Assembly: GCA_951406725.2 (NCBI GenBank)
Contig: OX597837.1
Span: 39,246,001-39,310,000, forward strand
Reading direction: 5' to 3'
DNA length: 64,000 nucleotides
From: Octopus vulgaris
Taxonomy: Eukaryota
Shown piece after piece: positions 29,500-41,460 of the stretch. The position numbers were made by a program, and so were the translations under genes. The notes under the pieces are model-generated. The model was not told the DNA's origin. It made no database searches and saw only the letters and a program-made list of their open reading frames with translations. The stretch's first letter is position 1. Each line of letters begins with the position of its first letter.

Positions 29500-30380
29500 C
29501 ACAATCCGTCTCTCTCTCTCTCACACACACCATCTCTCTCTCTCTCACACACCAATCTCTCTCTCTCACACACCATCTCTCTCTCTCTCACACACCATCT
29601 CTCTCTCTCTCTCACACACCATCTCTCTCTCTCTCACACACCATCTCTCTCTCTCTCACACACCATCTCTCTCTCTCTCACACACCATCTCTCTCTCTCT
29701 CACACACCATCTCTCTCTCTCTCACACACAATCTCTCTCTCTCTTTCACACACAATCTCTCTCTCTCTTTCACACACATCTCTCTCTCTCTCTTTCACAC
29801 ACAATCTCTCTCTCTCTCTTTCACACACAATCTCTCTCTCTCTTTCACACACAATCTCTCTCTCTCTTTCACACACAATCTCTCTCTCTCTTTCACACAC
29901 AATCTCTCTCTCTCTTTCACACACAATCTCTCTCTCTCTTTCACACACAATCTCTCTCTCTCTTTCACACACAATCTCTCTCTCTCTTTCACACACAATC
30001 TCTCTCTCTCTTTCACACACAATCTCTCTCTCTCTTTCACACAATCTCTCTCTCTCTTTCACACAATCTCTCTCTCTCTTTCACACAATCTCTCTCTCTC
30101 TTTCACACAATCTCTCTCTCTCTCTTTCACACAATCTCTCTCTCTCTCTTTCACACAATCTCTCTCTCTCTTTCACACAATCTCTCTCTCTCTTTCACAC
30201 AATCTCTCTCTCTCTTTCACACAATCTCTCTCTCTTTCACACAATCTCTCTCTCTCTCTCTCTCTTTCACACAATCTCTCTCTCTCTCTCTCTTTCACAC
30301 AATCTCTCTCTCTCTCTCTCACACAATCTCTCTCTCTCTCTCTCACACAATCTCTCTCTCTCTCTCTCTTTCACACACAA
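29500..30380. repeat. (CA)/(CT) compound minisatellite cacacaatctctctctctcttt
   Basis: 22-24 bp units; about 270 nt downstream of the coding exon 1 donor. Confidence 0.95.
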
Positions 30381-31384
30381 GAGAGTGGTTGTGTGTGAAA
30401 GAGTGGGTGGCTGTGTGTGTAAGAGGGGGTGCTGTGTGAAAGGGAGAGAGACCATGCCTACATCCCCCTCCCCAACCTCCACAGTCATTTCTTAACAAAA
30501 ATACCTTCAAATTTTTCATTTCTCATCAAATATATTTCCAAGGTAACAGGTGTGTGTGTGTGTGTGTGTTTGAGGAAGGTACCAGTTGGTAGGAACAAGT
30601 GACAGAGTGGGGATGGAGCGGTGACTAAAACTTCCCCCTACCCCAGGGAAAATATACCAGTAATTCTCAGACTGTGTATATGGGGCAGGGGAAATATAGT
30701 GTCTTGCTACTATTTTTTTTTTTTTTGTTCTTTAGACTTGGGATGTTGTTGTTGTTTATAGACAGAATAAGAGTTTGATGGTATTGTGCTGTTGTTGTGG
30801 TGGTAGTGTGCTGGTGGTAGTGGTGTTGTGAAGATGTATTCTTGGGCTTGTGTTGTAGTATTTTGCATGTGTGTGTGTATGTATGCTTGTACTGTGTTTG
30901 TATGGGAAAGAGATAGGAGAAAAGACTGTGTATGTATGTGTGTGTGTGTGTGTGTGCGTGCTCGCTGTATGTGTTTGTATGGAAGGAAGAGGGGAGGAGG
31001 AAGTCTGTGTGAATGAGACACTTTGTGAAAGTGTGTGTGTGTGTGTGCATGCATGCACTGTAGGTGTTTGTATGATGGAGTGAGAGTCTGTAGGAAAAAG
31101 AGTCTGTGTGAGCGATATAAAGAGATTGTATGAGTAAAAGAGAAATGGCTTTGAGAGTGATAAAAGGAGATTGTGTGACTGTTAACCCCCCCCCCCACGA
31201 CCACCACCTATGAGGGGGGGGAGTGAATGTACAAGTGGAAAGAGGAACTGTGAGGGTTGCAACTTTGGGCCATTCTTATGCGCTCTACTCTGTTATACAA
31301 TGAACCCTTGATTACCCTAATACAGAAGTACCTCGGTGTTTGAACACCTCTGATCAAAAATGAATTATGCTTTATATTTATATA

Positions 31385-31755
31385 CTAGTAGTATCGCCTG
31401 GCGTTGCTCGGGGTTTGTTTCGACCCTTTAGAATTGGAATTTTTGGAAAGTAAAAATGTTGCATTATGTAGCTTGTTATTCTCTTTAAGTGAACATTTTT
31501 CTGGTTGAAATACACCGAAAAATGGCGACACAGCAGTCAAAAAATCATAAAATGTAGGGATTTTCATAGAAAAAAAAGCACCTTTTTGAAGTAAATAATT
31601 TTTGGTCCGATTTGAATTTTTTCTTCCACGGATGGAAGAGCAAGCCTTCTATCATACTCTTAATTTTGGTCAACTTGTGCCACAGGGTCTTGGAGGAGGT
31701 AGTGTTAGTTGAAGGCTACCAAACCTGCTATACACAGACAACTTCAGCTTATATA
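31385..31755 (-). mobile_element. Helitron-like non-autonomous element
   Basis: Minus strand ends in a GC hairpin followed by CTAG|T; related ends at 36972-37270. Confidence 0.6.
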
Positions 31756-32965
31756 TATACATATATATATATACATATAAATGCGCCCTTTTAAAGTCTA
31801 GCTCATGGGCTCGGTTTCCTGGTTTATATGTCGTATGTGTTCCCCAGCTGGACAGGACGCCAGTCCATCGCAGCGTTACACATTTTTGCCAGCTGAGTGG
31901 ACTGGAGCAACATGAAATACAGTGTTTTGAAGTGTTTTGCTCAAGAACACAACGCGTTGCCTGATCCAGGAATCAAAACCACAATCTTACGATCATGGGG
32001 CTGACACCCTGACCACTAAGCCACGTGCCTCCACATATATATATATATATAAAATTTGAGGGAATATTATTCCTAACTTACAGGGAAAAATTCAATTTAG
32101 AAATACTAAATCAAATTTCACAAAGTATAATATATATATATATATTTATATAAATTAGAAAAAAACCCACCTTTTATCAATTCAAAATGAAAAAATTAAA
32201 TTACACCATCTAGAAAATTACATATAGAAATATTAAATATAATGGTAGTGCTGGTGGAAGTAGTGATGGTTGTGGTGGTGGCAGTGATGGTGCTAGTGGT
32301 AGTGATGGTGGTAGTGTTGGTGGAAGTAATGATGGTGGTTGTGGTGGTGGAAGTCGTAATGGTTGTGGTGATGGTGGTAGTGTTGGTACAAGTAGTGGTG
32401 GTGGTGGCAGTGATAGTGGTAATGTTGGTGGAAGTTGTGACAGTTGTGGTGGTGACAGTGATGGTTGTGGTGATGGTGGTAGTGTTGGTGGAAGTATTGA
32501 TGGTTGTGGCAGTGGTGGTGGTGGTGGTAGGGATGACTACTGTTGGTGCCAGTGGTGGTGGTGGTGGTGGTTGTGGTACTTCTACTGTTATTAATAATAG
32601 TAATATTCGTAGTAGTGGTGGTGGTGGTGGTGGTGTTTGTGCTGTTGTGATTATTGAGTAGATTAACACCATCCTCTTAGGTGGATTAAGTAAAAGATTT
32701 GAAATTCCGGGTTCCTTTCTGTGGACTTACTCAGATCTGTTTGTCAATTTACCTGACAAATAGACACAGTGGCAACAACAGTATTGGTTGTAGCATCAGC
32801 GGTGTTAAACATAGGGGTGTGTTTGTAAGGGTCTGTAGTTGTGTGTGTTTAAGGGTGGTGTGTGTGTGTGTGGGGGGGGACATTAGTTAGCAACGGTGGG
32901 GCCCTTTTTTTAAAATTTTCTTTTTGGTCAGTATAGCAAAGGTGTTTAACACAAACATTTAAAAT

Positions 32966-32997
<32 letters not shown>

Positions 32998-33483
32998 GTG
33001 TGTTGTAGTGGTGGTGAAGCGATGATGTGTTGTGGTGGTGGTGGTGGATATTTATGGATTCATAGCCGGGGTGAGGTTAGAAAGCATTCCATTGAAAGAA
33101 TCTCAAACAAGACCGAGAGATTCTGTTAACTACTTCGACCATCAACACCCCACCACCACTACTACCACCGCCACCACTTTCGTTTTATGTTTATATAGTG
33201 GTAGGGGTGGCGAGCTGGCAGAATCGTTAGCATGCTTGGTGAAGTGCTTTGCGGTATTTCTTTCGTCCTTACACTTTCTGAGTTCAAATTCTGCTGAGGT
33301 CAACTTTGCCTTTTCTCCTTTCAGGGTTGATAAAATAAGAATTAGTCAAGAACTGGGGTCAGACCTCAAATATATATATATATATATATATATATCCGAA
33401 GATCTAAAAATCTTTGGATTTTTAAAAATAAGCTAAGCCACTGGTTTTAATTATTTCTACCCTTATTATTTAATTTATATATA

Positions 33484-34027
33484 CAGTGGCGGCCAAAATA
33501 TTCAGAACGGCATTGTTTTCGTCAGAAAAGTAGATATAATTTTTTATCAAAGTTGTTTTATATTCTATAATTTTCACAGACAATAAATACGATATTATTT
33601 GTTATTGCCTGAGATTTTGGTGTAATTTGAGAGGATAATACAAAAGTTATGGATGATTTAGTGATTTACTGCAAAGCCCATGGCGACCAAAATGATCAGA
33701 ACGGTTGCTTTTACTCCGTGTTTTAGTATATTTAACCGGCGAACTCTAATGTTTTGAATTTGTTTACGTGACGGTTCGTTTACTAAACATTAGTAAGAAT
33801 ATTTGCAGTGTACTTTGTTAATATAATGCCACTTACTACGTTACCAATTCGCCAGCAGATTATTAAGCTTCGAAAGGAGGATAATTTAAGTATTGGGTCT
33901 ATTGCAAAGATTGTTAACAAGTCAAAAAGTGTTGTATACGGTATTCTTAAGGACTACGATGATTGTGGTTCGTGTGAAGCAAGAAAGTTTACAGCTAGGC
34001 CAAGAAAAACGACCAAGAGAGAAGATG
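33484..34027 (+). mobile_element. Tc1-family transposon 5' fragment (IR/DR end and N-terminal transposase), truncated by a SINE
   Basis: TA|CAGTGGCGGCCAAAA terminus, internal direct repeat tggcgaccaaaatgatcagaacg near 33681; ORF from 33826 MPLTTLPIRQQIIKLRKEDNLSIGSIAKIVNKSKSVV...ARPRKTTKRED (HTH plus GRPRK-like). Confidence 0.8.
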
Positions 34028-34584
34028 AGGGTTCCGGTTACGACGATGAGGGAACGGCCTGCTCGTGAAATTAACGTGTAAGTGGCTGAGCACTCCACAG
34101 ACACATGCACCCTTAACGTAGTTCTCGGGGATATTCAGCGTGACACAGAGTGAGAAGGCTGGCCCCTTGAAATACAGGTACAACAGAAACAGGAAGTAAG
34201 AGTGAGGGAAAGTTGTGGTGAAAGAGTACAGCAGGGATCACCACCATCCCCTGCCGGAGCCTCGTGGAGCTTTTAGGTGTTTTCGCTCAGTAAACACTCA
34301 CAACGCCCGGACTGGGAATCGAAACCACGATCCTACGACCGCGAGTCCGCTGCCCTAACCACTGGGCCATTGCACCTCCACCATGATTATTCTAACACCC
34401 AGGTCATTAATCCTATTGAATTACCTCTCAAAAGGCTTGAGTTTTCAGGAGGGGGATTTTCAGAATGAAAGGCTAGAAATCTACAATTGTTATCAAGATG
34501 AATAAATCTGCAGGTCGCTTTGTTTTCAATATTTTGTTCCTAGTTCTCACTTACCTTTAAAAAAAAATCATGTCTGAAAAATTT

Positions 34585-34930
34585 ACCATAACTTAGATAA
34601 CTTAGATATGTTTCGACCAAAGATTGGTCCAGGCCATGTCTAACTTAATAGCACCACCTGATAGGATTATTCGAATCCTGTTTAAGTCAAGTTTTGTTCA
34701 AGTAGTGAGTTCTTGTTGGGTGAGTTGTATCCAATTATGGGTGGCTTATCTGGTATTCTTTGAAGGAATCTATCCAGACTCCGTTTAAAGTTGATGGGAT
34801 CCTTTTCCTCTTTGATCTCCCCCGGGACAATGTTAAATAGGGCTTGCCCTGGAAAAATTTGCTGTAAATTTGCTTGGAGTTTTCATGCATTTTAAATTAC
34901 ATCCTCACATTTTTTTTTAATGTTTCACAT
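34585..34930 (-). mobile_element. CR1-group LINE 3' fragment (degenerate)
   Basis: Minus-strand translation ...NFKRSLDRFLQRIPDKPPIIGYNSPNKNSL resembles the CR1-type C-terminal FKxxLDxFLxxIPDxP motif. Confidence 0.6.
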
Positions 34931-35671
34931 TGAATTAAAGACTTACCTATTTAATGCTGTTTAAAAAACCTTTTATTTTAAAAAGTCTTGATATAAATTG
35001 CTTTATTAATGTCCATATGGCGAAATCTTTTATGGCAAAGATGTTTCCGGTGAAATTTCCTAAAACCATAAAAAATATATTTACTTTCATAGAATTTTCC
35101 TGTTTTATTTCTGTTTTTTCTATTCTCTATATTTTCTACATCTCACTACTTCATCTCTCTTTTAACCTTTCTCTCATCTTCTCTTCATCCTCTCTCTCTC
35201 TCTCTCTCTTTCTAGTCTCTTTCCTTCACCCTTACATTTCCTCCCTTTCTTTTCTCTCTCATTTCTCTCCTTCCCTTATTGCACTCTTACTCTCTCTTTC
35301 TCCCCACTCTCTCATTTCAATCTTACTCCTTTATCATCTCACCCTGTTTCTGTTTTCAGTCTCTCCTTTCTCCTCTCTACTTCCTCTCACTTTGCTCATC
35401 TCTCTCTTGTCACTCCCCCCCCCTCTGACTTCTCTCGTCTCTTATGTCTCTCTTCCTTCCATATCCTTCATCTCTCTCATCATGCCACTCTCCCATCTCT
35501 CTCTCTACTCCTCATATCTCTTTCTTCATCTCTCTCTCATCACTTCCCTTCCCTCTTTCTCTCTATCTTTCTTCCACATCCCTTGCCTCTCTTACTCTCT
35601 CTCCTCATATATCTCTCTCTCTCCTCCTCTCCATATCTCTCTCACTTTCCTCCTCTCTCTTTCTCACACAG

Positions 35672-35891
35672 ATGCCTGCAGTCGTAAATCTCCCAGACCT
35701 GTGGTCGATCACAGCAAATCCACAACCGCCGCCACCGTCTCTTCTTCCTCCTCCTCCTCCACCACCACATTTAAACCTGTACCTCCAAACAGATTCAACT
35801 GTACGGAGGAGCAAATTTCAAGTACATCTTGTCTCAATGGCGGCGTATGTTTCTCTATGATGCTTGGTGGAAGCAAGGCGTCCGCCTGTAA
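35672..35891 (+). CDS. Spitz/Keren-like EGFR ligand, coding exon 2 (N-terminal Cys, Ser/Thr stalk, EGF Cys1-Cys4)
   Basis: Long CT tract plus cacag acceptor; encodes (D)ACSRKSPRPVVDHSKSTTAATVSSSSSSSTTTFKPVPPNRFNCTEEQISSTSCLNGGVCFSMMLGGSKASAC-K; ends AA|gtaagt (phase 2); CLNGGxC EGF motif. Confidence 0.92.
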
Positions 35892-36472
35892 GTAAGTAGC
35901 TTGGTTGGTTTTCTTCCTTTTGTTTTGTTTTCTTTTGTATTTTGTTTTTTCATATATATTGCGTGTCACCTTGGGCAAGTATCTTCTCCTATAGCCTCGG
36001 GCCGACCAAAGCTTTGTGAGTGGATTTGGTAGACGGAAACTCAAAGAAGCCCGTCGTATGTATATATACTCTCTTTACTACTTTACTTGTTTCAGTCATT
36101 TGACTGTGGCCATGCTGGAGCACCGCCTTTAGTCGAGCAAATCGACCCCATGATTTATTCTTTGTAAGCCTAGTACTTATTCTATCGGTCTCTTTTGCCG
36201 AACCGTTAAGTTACGGGGACGTAAACACACCAGCATCGGTTGTCAAGTGATGTTGGTGGGGGACAAACACAGACACACAAACATATACACACACACATAT
36301 ACATATATATGACAGGCTTCTTTCAGTTTCTGTCTACCAAATCCACTCACAAGGCTTTGGTTGGCCCAAGGCTATAGTAGATGACACTTGCCCTAGGTGC
36401 CACACAGTGGGACTGAACCCGGAACCATGTGGTTTGTATGCAAGCTACTTACCACAGAGCCAATCCTATGCC

Positions 36473-36506
<34 letters not shown>

Positions 36507-36583
36507 ATATATATACGTTAAATAAAATTAGACAACAAAACCAAAACTGTGGAATTTATAAGGCATTTATTAAGAGAAAAGTA

Positions 36584-36631
36584 GTCTTACAGCTGTTTCA
36601 GGGATATTAAGGATATCCCTTCATCAGAGAC
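36584..36631 (-). ncRNA. Minimal type-I hammerhead ribozyme motif (intact)
   Basis: Minus strand reads gtct-CTGATGA-agggatat(cctta)atatccct-GAAAC-agct-GTA-agac: stem I gtct/agac, 8-bp stem II, palindromic stem III ACAGCTGT, GUA cleavage triplet. Confidence 0.8.
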
Positions 36632-36701
36632 GATATGAGAAAGTTAACTAGAGGGAAATAGTAGAGTTCAAACTAACTCCTTATATTAACTTTCTCATGT
36701 C

Positions 36702-36749
36702 ATCTCTGATGAAGGGATATCCTTAATAACCCAGAAACAGTTGTAAGCC
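36702..36749 (+). ncRNA. Degenerate hammerhead copy (inverted partner of 36584-36631)
   Basis: atct-CTGATGA-agggatatccttaataaccca-GAAAC-agtt-GTA-agcc; core intact, stems I and II mismatched. Confidence 0.55.
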
Positions 36750-36927
36750 AACTTTTCTCTGTATAAACGTTCTGTAAATTAGTTTTATTGTTTCATTTTA
36801 ACATATGCATGCTCACACAAGACCCGCATTAAACTCCTCACTCCTATTATCAAACCAAGAGTCTAACTACGGTCCTTCCATAGCACTTACATAGCTTTGC
36901 CACCTTGGGTCTTCTGGATACCATTAC

Positions 36928-36964
<37 letters not shown>

Positions 36965-36971
36965 ATACATA

Positions 36972-37270
36972 CTAGCAGTATTGCCCGGCGTTGCTCAGAT
37001 TTGTAAGGGAAATAACTATATAAGCATTTTTAGAGAGTTACTTCCCATATATAAACCGAGCAAAAAATGCATTAAAAATGTGGAAAAATGATGGTAAATT
37101 TCTTTTTAAATCATTGACTCATCGTAGATGCGCGCTAATACCCAGAAGGGCTCGATATGAATCACGACTATAAGATACCCGCTTTTGGCTAAACTGCACC
37201 GTAAAATGTGGGAGTAGTTAGGAATCTAAATCGGAGTAGACAGACACACACACAACTTCAGTTTTATATA
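36972..37270 (-). mobile_element. Helitron-like non-autonomous element
   Basis: actagcagtattgcccggcgttgctc end and caacttcag..tatata end shared with the 31385 copy; different interior. Confidence 0.6.
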
Positions 37271-37292
37271 TATATATATATATATATAACCT

Positions 37293-37329
<37 letters not shown>

Positions 37330-37904
37330 TTTCCCTCTCCCCACATGCACACACATTTGCTTGACAACCCATGTTGGTGTGTTTATGCCTCCCAGAAACT
37401 AAGTAGATGATCATGTGCCTATGTATGGCATTGTGTCGTGCTTGAGAAGTCAACCCCTAAAACTGAGCAAAATTGCAGTCATGGCAGATACTGGTGTTAC
37501 GCAAATGGCACCCATGCCGGTGGCACATAAAGAACACCTTTCGAACGTTGGGCCTCGTGGAAGCAAAAGGACTGATTTCCTTTCAAATGTTGGACCTCAC
37601 AGAGGCAATGACTAAGACCTTTGGCATTATGTCATGCTTGAGAAGAAGACCCATCAAGCAGAACAAAATCGTAGTCATAGCAGATACCAGTGTCACACAA
37701 ATGGTACCCATGCCAGTGGCACATAAAGGCACCCATTACACTCTTGGAGTGGTTGGTATCAGGAAGGGCATCCAGCTGTAGAAAACCATGCTAAATCAAG
37801 TTGGAGTCAGTTGCAGCCTTCTAGCTTCCCAGCCCTGGTCAAACTATCCAACCCATGCCAGCATGGACAACGGATATTAAATGATGATGATGATGATGTA
37901 TGTA

Positions 37905-38160
37905 TGTATACTGAAGATGAACAAAATGAGGAATCAACAGGATGATAAGAGTGACAACAGGTTTAACGAATATTATCTGGAAAATAAAAACTCCGAAATT
38001 GTCATTCACGGGACGCGTATTTAGAAGAAAGGGGAATAGATGGGGAAACGAAGTGGACGCCATGTCCAGAAGAAAAAAAACCGAAAGGGAAGACCATGCA
38101 GAGACTGGAATGATGACTTCTGATGGAGTTGTAGTGCACCTGAGCATCATAAACAATAGG
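37905..38160 (+). mobile_element. RTE-like LINE ORF C-terminal remnant
   Basis: IRVTTGLTNIIWKIKTPKLSFTGRVFRRKGNRW ... GRPCRDWNDD (frameshifted) resembles the RTE C-terminal WAGHVxR..RW...GRP..RW.DD motif. Confidence 0.6.
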
Positions 38161-38528
38161 TTCATTAGGCACATGTATAGTGAAGGTGCATGGCTCAGTG
38201 GTTAGAGTGTCATGCTCACAATGATGTGATAGAGAGTTTGATTCCTGGACTGGGATGTGTATTGGGTTCTTGAGCAGGATGCTTTATTTCACGTTGCTCC
38301 AGTTCACTCAACTGTAGAAATGAGTTGCAACGTCACTGGTACCAAGCTATATCGGCCCCTTTGCTTTTCTCTTGGATAACATTGGTGGTGTGGAGAGGGG
38401 AGGCTGGTATGAATGGGTGACACAGCTGGTCTTCCATAAACAACCTTGTCCCGACTTGTGCCTTGGAGGGCGGGGAACTTTGTAGGTGCTGTCCCTTGGT
38501 CATTCATGACTGAAGGAGCTCTTATATA

Positions 38529-38810
38529 TAAATGGTCTGATTAATAAGTATTTGGACTGTTTCCATAGTAACAAAGCTAAAGCATTCTGAGTGAAGCCAC
38601 TTGGCACAGATCAGCCTTGAACTCTGCTGTGCATGAGCACTAAGTTTTGATATTCTAGCTCACTTCCGGTTTGCAGCAGTGCTTGGAAGGAAGGTGTGTA
38701 GCATGTGATCGTCACATTCACCATGACAGAGAAAGTTGAGCAGAGAATCTGCATAAAATTTTGCCAAAAGCTTGGTGAAACCTGCTCAGAGGCCAACGCA
38801 AAGTTTCCAT
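38529..38810 (+). mobile_element. Mariner transposon 5' remnant
   Basis: ATG at 38723 gives MTEKVEQRICIKFCQKLGETCSEA, typical of mariner N-terminal HTH; TIR-like ggtctgattaataagtatttggact upstream. Confidence 0.7.
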
Positions 38811-39649
38811 CATTCTCGACACAATCAAGGAGATCTTGAGCAAGTGAAACTCGAGTGTCTTTTCGGTCATTAGATTCAGCAAACTCCCCAGCATGAAACT
38901 AATACACCTGCTTGTTGTTCATACACCTGTCTTCGTCTTTTGTTTTCCTGCAAATTTATATATATATACGTAAAAGCACGTAAAAGCACGTAAAAGCACC
39001 ATCCGTTTCGTGGCCGTTTGCCAGCTCTGTCTGGCCCCCGTGTTGGTGGCACGTAAAAGCACCATCCGTTCGTGTCCGTTGCTAGCCTCGCCTGGCCCCG
39101 TGCCGGTGACACGTAAAAGCACCATCCATTCGTGGCCGTTTGCCAGCTCTGTCTGGCACCTGTGCGGGTGGCACGTAAAAAGCACCCACTACACTCCCGG
39201 ACTGGTTGGCGTTAGGAAGGGCATCCAGCCGTAGAAACACTGCCAGATCTGACTGGGCCTGATGAAGCCTTCCAGCTTCACAGACCCCAGTTGAACCGTC
39301 CAACCCATGCTAGCATGGAGAACGGACGCTAAATGATGATGATGATGATATATATATATATATTATTCAAAGAAATTCCAACTCTGTCTGTTTTTTTATG
39401 TTTTATTTATATTCTTTATAATATTAATGTAGAATATAGTATAAGTTGAAAAATTCCTGCCAGATGTTTCCCATTCCATCCAAACTTGTGTACAAAATAT
39501 TTTTCAACATTTAGAAAGTTGTCAATTTCTAAATTGCTGTCATCTACACATCAAAAATATGTGTGACTTTTCATTTCTTTGTGTCAGCATTTTATCTGCC
39601 ATGGTTGATCTGAAAGAAAAAAAATCTTTTTAATTGATTTGTAAGTAAG

Positions 39650-40340
39650 TAACTACACTAAACCACAAAAGGAACGTGAGACACGTGTGACTGTGAAATA
39701 CGTTTTAATTTCATTATATCAGAGATAAATATTGATAAATTTGATTAAGTCAATTTCTTCGATGCACTTTGGCCACAGTCTATGGGTCGTTGTCGTATAT
39801 TCTGATAGTGGGTGGATCCAGCACATTGAGATTGTAGGGCGTGACATGTTCAATATCATGTATGCCCTCTCTGGATGTTCAAAATGGCCATACACTGTCG
39901 GTACATGGAGTGCATGAGGCAGTTTACAAAAGCCATTGGCACCTGTGCCCACACCCTGAGGAAAGCTGCCTCCAGTTCCACACAAGTTGTTGGCCTTTGG
40001 ACCACATGGTTCAGCCATCTCTGGATTTCATCCCACAGGTGTTCAGTTTGGTTCTGATGTGCTGATGCAAGAAGTCCATGGTGACCCTGGACATGTGGGA
40101 GGGAGCATTGTCTTGCTGAAACAGGTGGCTATGGTAATGTATGAAGAAGGGCATGATGTGAGGTCTTAGGATCTGCTCAATGCAGCGCTCTGCCTGCACC
40201 AATATTTTGGGACACATGGGGCCCAGTTCTCTGATTCGGGCCTATAGCACCCCAAACCATAATGTTTTGGCCACCCCACACATCTCTCATAACATATGCA
40301 TCTCTATAGTGTTCACCCCTCCTACGCCACACCCTCACTG
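39650..40340 (-). mobile_element. Tc1-family transposase 3' remnant
   Basis: LFQQDNAPSH catalytic-Asp motif, then frameshifted EHLWDEIQR...LRVWAQVP...SM. Confidence 0.8.
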
Positions 40341-41018
40341 CCATCCGCTAGCTTCTTACCACACATGGTTCCACACCATGGTTCCAAGTTCAGTCCCATT
40401 GCATGGCACCTTTGGCAAGTGTCTTCTACTATAGGCAGAGGCGTGGCTGTGTGGTAAAAAGCTTGCTTCCCTACTGTATGGTTCTGGGTTCAGTCCCACT
40501 GTGTGGTACCTTGGGCAAGTGTCTTCCAGTATAGCTTCAGGCCAGCCAAAGCTTATATATATATATATATATATATATATAGGTGCAGGAGTGAATGTGT
40601 GGTAAGTAGCATGCTTACCAGCCACATAGTTCTGGGTTCAGTCCCACTGCGTGACACCTCTTCTACTATAGCCTCGGGCCGACCAAAGCCTTGTGAGTGG
40701 ATTTGGTAGATCTAAACTGAAAGAAGCCCGTCGTATATATGTATATATGTGTGTGTGTTTGTGTTTGTCCCCTGCCCCCAACATCGCTTGACAACTGATG
40801 CTAGTGTGTTTACGTCCGAGTAACTTAGTGGTTCGGCAAAAAGAGACCAATAGAATAAGTACAAGACTTTCAAAGAATAAGTCCTGAGGTCAATTTCCTC
40901 GAGTAACGGTGGTGCTTCAGCATGGCCGCAGTCAAATGACTGAAACAAGTAAAAGAGTACAGCCTTGTGAATGTATTTGGTAGACAGAAACTGCCTAAGC
41001 AGAAAGAAGCCCATTGTG

Positions 41019-41083
<65 letters not shown>

Positions 41084-41407
41084 TTATGTGTGTGTCTGTG
41101 TCTGTTTGTCCCCACCACCATCACTTGACAACCGATGCTGGTGTGTTTATGTCTCCGTAGCTTAGCAGTTCGGCAAAATGAGACTGATAGAATAAAAGTA
41201 CTAGACTTTAAAAAATATGTCCTCGGGTCGACTTGTTTGACTAAAACCCTTCAAGGCAGTGCTCCAGCGTGGCCGCAGTCAAATGACCGAAACAAGTAAA
41301 AGAATAAAAGAACACCCCCCCACACACACACACGCATGCACATTCTACCCACTTTCCCCCAAATCCACTTTGTACTGCATTATCCATTTCTCTTTCTGTC
41401 TTTACAG

Positions 41408-41460
41408 ATGCCCTGCAAAGTACACAGGGCTAAGATGTGAAGCTTTAGCCTTTCACCCTG
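41408..41460 (+). CDS. Spitz/Keren-like EGFR ligand, coding exon 3 (EGF Cys5-Cys6)
   Basis: tttctgtctttacag acceptor; AA|A completes Lys, then CPAKYTGLRCEALAFHP; G|gtaagt donor. Completes the C-x-C-x3-Y-x-G-x-R-C signature in frame with exon 2. Confidence 0.92.

Noticed and set aside
29380-30495. 371-aa SLSHTI-repeat ORF
   Set aside because: Minisatellite translation.
32196-32672. Thr-rich mucin-like ORF / poly-Val ORF
   Set aside because: Degenerate (GGT/GTA)n repeat with no supporting splice sites.
34954-35671. 5' part of the 313-aa ORF as a membrane protein
   Set aside because: CT-rich intronic tract; only the part after the acceptor at 35671 is coding.
38559-38572. X-box-like GTTTCCATAGTAAC
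   Set aside because: Lies inside a mariner remnant; no evidence of host function.
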